Of a stretch of DNA of 64,000 nucleotides, positions 57,591 through 64,000 are shown piece after piece (position 1 is the stretch's first letter; every line of letters starts with the position of its first letter). The notes under the pieces are model-generated. The model was not told the DNA's origin, did no database searches, and saw nothing but the letters and a program-made list of their open reading frames with translations. The stretch is from Chitinophagaceae bacterium (GTDB lineage: Bacteria; Bacteroidota; Bacteroidia; Chitinophagales; Chitinophagaceae), in NCBI GenBank assembly GCA_025449935.1, contig JANWIJ010000037.1, forward strand, positions 2,055 to 66,054, given 5' to 3'. A program made the translations under genes and the position numbers.

Positions 57591-60500
57591 TTAACTGCAA
57601 CCGCCCTGGTTGCCACAATTCAGGCATTTATAACAGGTGCCGCTGCGCATCATAATATGTCCGCAAACATTACAGGCTGGTGCATCACTCTGCATACTCT
57701 TCGAGGCCGCATTTAATGCATCCAATCCATTTTCTGACTTTACGGTTTGAGCGGTCCGCTGGTTCTTTACCGGTTGCGGCGCAATCGTTCCTGACACCGG
57801 CGTAATCCTCACACTCGATAGTTCTGGTTCCTTGGCATACTCCAATGGATTAGAAGGCACTTCATCCCACTCATCGGCACCGGTATTCATCACTTCGGGT
57901 TTATCCAGCACATGAACCAGATCGGTACGGCCGAGATATTCATAACCCAGTACACGGAAGATAAAGTCCACCAACGAGGTAGTTGATTTGATATTGGGAT
58001 GTTCTACAAACCCGGAAGGATCAAATCGGGTAAAGGCAAATTTGTCAACAAACTCTTCCAACGGTACACCGTATTGCAGGCCTATTGAAATGGAAATGGC
58101 AAAGCAGTTCATCATGCTGCGCATGGTGGCGCCTTCCTTTGCCATATCAATGAAAATTTCGCCGAGTGTTCCATCTCCGTATTCACCGGTGCGCAGAAAG
58201 ATCGCCTGCCCGTTGATTTTTGCCTTTTGCGTGAATCCACGGCGTTTGGCGGGCAAGGCACGGCGTTCAACAATACTGGCCAATTTTCTTTTTAGTTTGG
58301 TATCCGGGGAGGCCTGGACCCTTTTCTGAACTTCCTCCAGCAACTCTTCTACCGTGAGTTTTCCTAAATCGACAATGTTGGATTCCGGTTGCTGTCTCGT
58401 TTCGGGTATAGCCGGTATTTCCTCTTTTTCTGCAATGGTCACTGTTTTCTTTTTCTTGTCGCTTTTGGTGCTAAGGGGTTGCGACAGTTTGGATCCATCA
58501 CGGTAAAGTGCATTTGCTTTCAATCCCAGCTTCCAGCTCAGGTAATAAGCATCCGCAATTTCTTCTACCGCGGCTTCATGGGGCAGGTTAATTGTTTTGG
58601 AGATAGCACCGCTGATGAATGGCTGTGTAGCTCCCATCATGCGAATATGCCCGTGGGCATGAATATAACGCTGGCCTTTCCGGCCACATTTGTTGGCGCA
58701 GTCAAAAACAGCCAGGTGCTCTTCCCGCAACAAAGGGGCGCCTTCCAGCATCATCGTGCCGCATACATAATCATTCGCAGCTTCGATTTGTTCATCAGTA
58801 AAGCCCAATGCTTCCAGCAGGTTCCATCCCAAATCATTGTATTGTTCCGGAGTAAACCCGAGACGCTGCAGGCATTCCTCACCAAGTGAATACTTATTAA
58901 ATACAAAACCGATCTCAAAGGCTGTGGCAGCGGCCGTTTCAAGTCTTTTTATTTCATCCGCGATAAAGCCTTTTTCACTTAATGTCTGGTGATTGATAAA
59001 AGGTGCTCCTGCAAAAGAAGCAGTACCAACGGCATATTTAATAATAGCAGAAATTTCTTTCTCTGAATACCCCAGGTTCTTCAGTGCTGCCGGTACTGAT
59101 TGGTTAATAATCCGGAAATAACCACCGCCTGACAATTTCTTAAACTTTACAAGTGCGAAATCAGGCTCCACGCCGGTTGTGTCACAATCCATCACCAGCC
59201 CGATTGTTCCGGTTGGTGCAATAACGGTTGCCTGTGCATTCCGGTAGCCAAATTCTTCTCCGAGTTCCACCGCATCATCCCAGGCCCTGCAAGCGGCTTT
59301 CAGCAGGTAATCAGGACAGTATTGAGATTTGATGCCCTGTGGTTTCAGGCTCAGTGCTTCATATTCATCCGCGTCGTAAGCAGCCAGCCGGTGATTACGC
59401 ATGACCCGACCCATATGGGCTTTATTCTCCTCGTACCGGGGGAAAGTACCCAATGCACGGGCCATCTCCGCCGATGTTTTGTAGGATATCCCGGTCATAA
59501 TTGCTGTGATCGCCCCGGCAATGGCCCTGGCTTCTTCGCTATCATAAGGAATTCCACTCACCATCAGCATGGTACCCAGGTTAGCGTACCCTAATCCCAG
59601 CGTCCTGTATTCATAGCTCAGTTGTGCCACCTCTTTAGAAGGGAACTGCGCCATCAGTACTGATACTTCCAGAACAACCGTCCAGAGCCGGCAGTTGTAT
59701 TCATACCCCTCCACATCAAAATGGTTGGTCTCTGTATCAAAGAATTTCATCAGGTTGGCAGAGGCCAGGTTACAAGCAGTATTATCCAGGAACATATACT
59801 CACTGCAGGGGTTGGAAGCCCTTATCTCACCTCCTTCAGGACAAGTATGCCATTCATTGATGGTAGTATTATACTGTGTGCCGGGGTCGGCACAACGCCA
59901 GGCGGCATAGGCAATATGGTTCCATAATTCCCGGGCAGGTATTCTTTTCATCACCCGGCCATCCATTCTACCCTTCAGTTCCCATTCGCCATCCTGATCC
60001 AAAATATTAAAAAATGAATTGGGAATACGTATGGAATTATTGGAGTTCTGCCCGCTAACAGTCCTGTATGCTTCGTCCTCATAACCGGAAGGATAACCGG
60101 CAGCAATGAGGGCGCCTACTTTTTTTTCTTCTTCTACCTTCCAGTTAATAAAGTCCACGATTTCCGGGTGATCCAGGTCCAGGCAGACCATTTTAGCCGC
60201 ACGGCGCGTAGTACCTCCACTCTTAATGGCACCGGCAGCCCGGTCCCCAATTTTCAGAAAACTCATCAATCCTGATGATGTCCCACCGCCGCTTAATTTT
60301 TCTCCTGCACCGCGGAGATTGGAATAATTTGTACCAACTCCCGAACCATATTTGAAAATTCTAGCTTCCCGGACCCAAAGATCCATAATTCCGCCTTCGT
60401 TTACCAGGTCATCCTCCACGCTCAGGATAAAACAGGCATGGGGCTGGGGACGTTCGTAAGCTGAAGTGGATTTCTTGAGTTCACCATCTGCTGGATCTAC

Positions 60501-60980
60501 ATAATAATGTCCCTGTGGCTTTCCTTTTATGTCATAGCTTTCATACAAACCGGTATTGAACCATTGCGGCGAATTGGGTACACACATCTGGTTTAATATG
60601 GAAAACACCAATTCCTCGTAGAATACCTGCGCGTCTTTTTCTGAAGCAAAATAATTATACTTTTCGCCCCATACCCGCCAGCAATTCGCCATTCGATGTG
60701 CAACCTCTTTAGCCGATGTTTCCCTGCCGAGACTTCCGTCCGGTTGGGGTACCCCGGCCTTTCGAAAATATTTTTGTGCTAAAATATCTGTGGCAATCTG
60801 GCTCCACTGTTTGGGGACTTCCACATTATTCATTTCAAACACCACTTCACCGGTAGGATTACGAATCACGGAGGTACGGTAATCATATTCAAACAAATCA
60901 AACACACTGGTATCCTCACGGGTGAAGCGACGACTAAACTGCAAACCGCTTTTGGCGGATGCCTGCTTCTTACTTGCCAT
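57591..60980 (-). CDS. nrdJ: Adenosylcobalamin-dependent (class II) ribonucleotide reductase
   Basis: PNSPQWFN, PHACFI, SNPCSEY, ACNLAS, IAPTGTI, ISKTIN, a TSCPD-like domain and a C-terminal Cys4 ribbon. No intein seen. Start moved to MASKKQ. Confidence 0.95.
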   Translation of the reverse strand: MASKKQASAKSGLQFSRRFTREDTSVFDLFEYDYRTSVIRNPTGEVVFEMNNVEVPKQWSQIATDILAQKYFRKAGVPQPDGSLGRETSAKEVAHRMANCWRVWGEKYNYFASEKDAQVFYEELVFSILNQMCVPNSPQWFNTGLYESYDIKGKPQGHYYVDPADGELKKSTSAYERPQPHACFILSVEDDLVNEGGIMDLWVREARIFKYGSGVGTNYSNLRGAGEKLSGGGTSSGLMSFLKIGDRAAGAIKSGGTTRRAAKMVCLDLDHPEIVDFINWKVEEEKKVGALIAAGYPSGYEDEAYRTVSGQNSNNSIRIPNSFFNILDQDGEWELKGRMDGRVMKRIPARELWNHIAYAAWRCADPGTQYNTTINEWHTCPEGGEIRASNPCSEYMFLDNTACNLASANLMKFFDTETNHFDVEGYEYNCRLWTVVLEVSVLMAQFPSKEVAQLSYEYRTLGLGYANLGTMLMVSGIPYDSEEARAIAGAITAIMTGISYKTSAEMARALGTFPRYEENKAHMGRVMRNHRLAAYDADEYEALSLKPQGIKSQYCPDYLLKAACRAWDDAVELGEEFGYRNAQATVIAPTGTIGLVMDCDTTGVEPDFALVKFKKLSGGGYFRIINQSVPAALKNLGYSEKEISAIIKYAVGTASFAGAPFINHQTLSEKGFIADEIKRLETAAATAFEIGFVFNKYSLGEECLQRLGFTPEQYNDLGWNLLEALGFTDEQIEAANDYVCGTMMLEGAPLLREEHLAVFDCANKCGRKGQRYIHAHGHIRMMGATQPFISGAISKTINLPHEAAVEEIADAYYLSWKLGLKANALYRDGSKLSQPLSTKSDKKKKTVTIAEKEEIPAIPETRQQPESNIVDLGKLTVEELLEEVQKRVQASPDTKLKRKLASIVERRALPAKRRGFTQKAKINGQAIFLRTGEYGDGTLGEIFIDMAKEGATMRSMMNCFAISISIGLQYGVPLEEFVDKFAFTRFDPSGFVEHPNIKSTTSLVDFIFRVLGYEYLGRTDLVHVLDKPEVMNTGADEWDEVPSNPLEYAKEPELSSVRITPVSGTIAPQPVKNQRTAQTVKSENGLDALNAASKSMQSDAPACNVCGHIMMRSGTCYKCLNCGNQGGCS

Positions 60981-61105
60981 AACTAAAAAGAATTTAACTG
61001 GGTTATTGGTCCTGGTTTCCATGCGACCACTCCAGGGGTATGGGGAGGTCGCTTACGAAAGTATTTTTTACCATGCTAAAATCAAACCTCCAGATATTAA
61101 CATTG

Positions 61106-61114
61106 TGTGGATAA
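61106..61114. promoter_or_regulatory. DnaA box upstream of the nrdJ promoter
   Basis: Perfect TGTGGATAA, ~45 bp upstream of a minus-strand TACTTTCG (61056-61063). Confidence 0.55.
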
Positions 61115-61782
61115 GGCACATTAAAAATCCTGAAGTGCTTTCCTGTGCTGACTTAGCGAATTTCTGCACAATAGCATATTGTTTTTATGGTAAATTTTTT
61201 TTGGAAATTTCAATACCATCTATTAAAAAAAATTCCCTCCCCTGCGCCTGACCTGAAAAGCAAAACAGGAAAGGGTTTCTAGCTTTCAATGCCCTGAAAC
61301 AGTTGCCCACCCTGCATTCTACAATCTTTATCATACCAAAGTCTTACCAGCAGCATAACACAGGGGTTATGCAATGATAAAAATTTAATAATATGATTAT
61401 TCCCTTTTTTTATGTAACCCAATCCAGCTATTTTTTTACAGTTATCCCGCGCTTTTCCCATCCTGGCTGCTAATGAATTTTTACGATGCTGTTTTTTAAT
61501 ACGTCACCAAAAGGATCACGAGTAAAGCAGGCGTTATGCGCTTTTTTTCTTTTCAGTTTGGTATCATTATACCCCGGAATAACTGGCCTTATAACCAGTT
61601 TATATTTTATCCGGGATAAAAAAATATAACGCGGATGGCGGTATGGCTTCAAAATTGAATCCCTGGTTACCGGGATATTCCCGTTTAATAAAAGAAGCAT
61701 TTAGGGCCGTAAACAACGGCTTTAATTACTTCGCTGAAAGCCGACATTTTTTTGCATTTTTGCATATATCAACCGGTACCGG

Positions 61783-62538
61783 ATGAAGTCAACTATCTAC
61801 AATGCATTGGCCGATAAGAAAAAGCAGGGCAAAAAGTCATTTGCCGTGTTGATTGATCCAGATAAAGTGAACAAACCATTACTGGATGACCTTATTGAAC
61901 TTTCTGTATCAGCCAGGGTCGACTACCTGCTTGTAGGCGGGAGCCTGGTCATTTCCAACCACCTGGACGATTGTGTTCAGCATATCAGGCAAAATTGCTC
62001 TATACCCGTTATCCTGTTTCCGGGCAGTCCTTCCCAGATCAGTAAATATGCGGATGCTTTATTATACCTGTCCCTTATTTCAGGCCGTAATCCTGAATTA
62101 CTCATAGGTCAGCATGTAGTATCAGCCCCTTTTGTCAAACAAAGCGGCCTGGAAATCATGCCCACCGGTTATATTGTCGTTGATGGAGGAGCCCCAACTA
62201 CCGTTTCATATATCAGCAACGCTACACCAGTCCCTGCCGATAAAAATGAAATCGCCATGTGCACTGCAATGGCCGGAGAAATGCTGGGAATGAAATTGAT
62301 TTATATGGATGCCGGGAGTGGTGCTAAACGTCCTATTACAGAAAGCATGATAAAAATCGTGGCAGACCATATTGAGGCCCCCCTTATTATTGGCGGGGGT
62401 ATTGTGGAACCTGAAAAAGCTTATCGCAACTGTAAAGCCGGGGCCGACGTAATCGTGGTGGGAAATGCCATTGAAAAAGACAATTCATTAATAAAGGAAA
62501 TGGCAGCCGCTGTCCATTCAGTTCCCGTAAAAGCCTAA
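61783..62538 (+). CDS. Geranylgeranylglyceryl phosphate synthase family (group II)
   Basis: LIDPDK, VGGS, LFPG, SLISGRNPELLIG, YMDAGSGA, IGGGI and VVGNAIE motifs. Confidence 0.92.
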   Translation: MKSTIYNALADKKKQGKKSFAVLIDPDKVNKPLLDDLIELSVSARVDYLLVGGSLVISNHLDDCVQHIRQNCSIPVILFPGSPSQISKYADALLYLSLISGRNPELLIGQHVVSAPFVKQSGLEIMPTGYIVVDGGAPTTVSYISNATPVPADKNEIAMCTAMAGEMLGMKLIYMDAGSGAKRPITESMIKIVADHIEAPLIIGGGIVEPEKAYRNCKAGADVIVVGNAIEKDNSLIKEMAAAVHSVPVKA

Positions 62539-63854
62539 CGGAGTTCTTCCACCTTCACTCTTGCAGGTGTTTCTTTCCCGGCAACAATACTTCTTGAACT
62601 CAGGGCGATGGCCTTAATGATCATGGTCATATTTTCCAGGTCCAGTGTTTCCACCTGGTCGGATAATTTATGGTAATGTGGCTCCCCGTCCATTTTGGCC
62701 GTGGAAATCGTATGCGCCGGCACCCCCAGCCTTGCCAGGGTAGCATTATCTGATCGGTAAAATAACTGCTGTGCGGGATAAGGATCCGGATAAAATGTAA
62801 ACCCGGTTCCCTCCAGGTTTTTTTGCAAGCCGGAACCCATATCTGTTTTTTCATACCCGGTTATGTAAGCTGAATTCTTTCCCCATTTACTCTCCGTACC
62901 GATCATTTCAATATTGAACATGGCCATTACTTTCTGCGGATCAAACTGGCGGGAAAAATATTGTGAACCAAAGCCACCCACTTCTTCTGCCGTAAATGCT
63001 GCAAATACAAGGGTCCTCTCGTTGTCAGCAAGTCGCTGAAAATACCTGGCCAGCATGATAACACCTGTTACCCCGGCGGCATCATCATTGGCACCGTTAT
63101 AAATCGAATCGCCGTTTACCGGCTTACCAACACCGAGGTGATCATAATGGCCGGAAAAAACAACATACTCATCTTTCCTGGATTTGCCGGGCAAAATGCC
63201 CACGACATTGGCCATTTTTTGTTCGGTTATTTCATGGACCGCCTCAATACTGTAAACGCCCGGGTCTGTATCTGCCAGGATAAAAACCACGCTGGTATTC
63301 GTCTTGAACATGGATGACTTTAACCTCGAGAGGTTGCCAAAACTGTTGGCAAAGCTTTTATCTACCAAGACGAGCTTATTCTTATTCCCCCGGACCATTT
63401 TCCTGGCTTCAGCCTGCAGGTTCTCCCCGGCTTTTATAAATGTTTTTTCAAATCCCGAACTCTGGTTAATGACCAGTTTCGGCTGGCAGGTAACAGCCAT
63501 TATATCTTTTTGCTCTATGCTTATTCCATCAAGTAAGGCTGACGCGCTGATAAATTTTGGACGAACCATAACAAATTCCTGCCGGAAAGACCCGGGGTTA
63601 GTCCAGGACTGCAACCCTGTGGCTTTAAATTCACCGGCGATAAAATCAGCTGCTTTATCAATGCCAGGGGTAAAAACTTTTCTTCCCATCATATCATCAG
63701 CCGCCAGCGTTCTTTCGATCCGCTCTACTTCTTTCACACTGATAACAGCATCCATCATGGCCGGGGCGCTCTTCTTTTGCGCGGAACAGGCACCGCCAAC
63801 CAATAAAAAAAAGGTTGCCGTTACCAACAACCCTGTTGGGGAATATTTCTTCAT
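62535..63854 (-). CDS. M28-family metallopeptidase, secreted or lipoprotein
   Basis: SGHYDHLG, NGANDDAAG, AEEVGGFGS, NIEMIG, RSDN and HYHKLSD motifs. Confidence 0.92.
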   Translation of the reverse strand: MKKYSPTGLLVTATFFLLVGGACSAQKKSAPAMMDAVISVKEVERIERTLAADDMMGRKVFTPGIDKAADFIAGEFKATGLQSWTNPGSFRQEFVMVRPKFISASALLDGISIEQKDIMAVTCQPKLVINQSSGFEKTFIKAGENLQAEARKMVRGNKNKLVLVDKSFANSFGNLSRLKSSMFKTNTSVVFILADTDPGVYSIEAVHEITEQKMANVVGILPGKSRKDEYVVFSGHYDHLGVGKPVNGDSIYNGANDDAAGVTGVIMLARYFQRLADNERTLVFAAFTAEEVGGFGSQYFSRQFDPQKVMAMFNIEMIGTESKWGKNSAYITGYEKTDMGSGLQKNLEGTGFTFYPDPYPAQQLFYRSDNATLARLGVPAHTISTAKMDGEPHYHKLSDQVETLDLENMTMIIKAIALSSRSIVAGKETPARVKVEELR

Positions 63855-63943
63855 AATTAATAATTCATGTTTAGGACCGGGTATTGAACCGGTTTAATAA
63901 CAAGTGCACAGGTGGAATATAGGGATGAAATTATTGCTGTCAA

Positions 63944-64000
63944 TTACAGACTCATCATCTCTTTAAACTTCACAGTCTGGCGGCGGCTGACCTCTATTTT
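63944..64000 (-). CDS. 3' end of a probable LytTR-family response regulator (runs off the window)
   Basis: Hand translation ..KIEVSRRQTVKFKEMMSL* resembles LytTR C-termini (VSRR motif). Only 18 codons are visible. Confidence 0.6.
   Translation of the reverse strand, partial: KIEVSRRQTVKFKEMMSL

Noticed and set aside
57591-60980. Intein or intron in nrdJ
   Set aside because: Continuous ORF of typical length, catalytic motifs uninterrupted, and no Cys/Ser..His-Asn splice junctions or homing-endonuclease motifs seen.
60981-61250. Cobalamin riboswitch or NrdR boxes upstream of nrdJ
   Set aside because: No B12-box or conserved riboswitch core was recognisable. ACAATA-GCA-TATTGT near 61168 does not fit the 16-bp NrdR consensus.
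61470-61700. 76-aa basic ORF
   Set aside because: No recognisable domain or clear start context. Kept only as part of the unexplained-region finding.
204-63897. The many 60-197 aa ORFs overlapping long genes (e.g. 5587-6027, 10462-11145, 33999-34466, 50684-51322, 58389-58889, 63304-63897)
   Set aside because: They are antisense or alternate-frame shadows of well-supported genes, with no recognisable motifs.

Overview
Core-chromosome segment of a Bacteroidota bacterium, most likely Chitinophagaceae. This is inferred from TAnnTT(T/C)G promoters, a SusC/SusD pair, a T9SS cargo protein, eukaryote-type citrate synthase and a group II GGGP synthase. It carries about 55 CDS and one tRNA-Leu(TAG); no IS, prophage, CRISPR array or rRNA was seen. 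Housekeeping content: the complete four-gene ligase-associated DNA-damage operon (exonuclease-ligase-Lhr-like helicase-PdeM), tgt, rsmG, rsmI, purS, purA, pckA, trpS, gatC, gatA, fabI, fabH, pheT-zapB-like-zapA-rny-rplS, relA/spoT, tRNA-tig-clpP-clpP-clpX and class II ribonucleotide reductase. The best unexplained signal is at 11.2-12.1 kb. An orphan NarL/LuxR response regulator is flanked by two related TACCAC..G(T/G)GGTA operators, each placed identically over a Bacteroidota promoter. One promoter faces the regulator gene and the other faces a ~125-nt unit with no long ORF that ends at a strong terminator (candidate sRNA or micropeptide). Other leads: a palindromic mini-repeat inserted in frame in TrpS, a block-charged disordered protein, a signal-peptide caspase-TPR protein, a Pho-box-like repeat ahead of a CAZyme-free SusCD pair, and two small proteins (48 aa, absent from the ORF track, and a 41-aa lipoprotein nested in a longer ORF). 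All calls are by eye; no searches were run.
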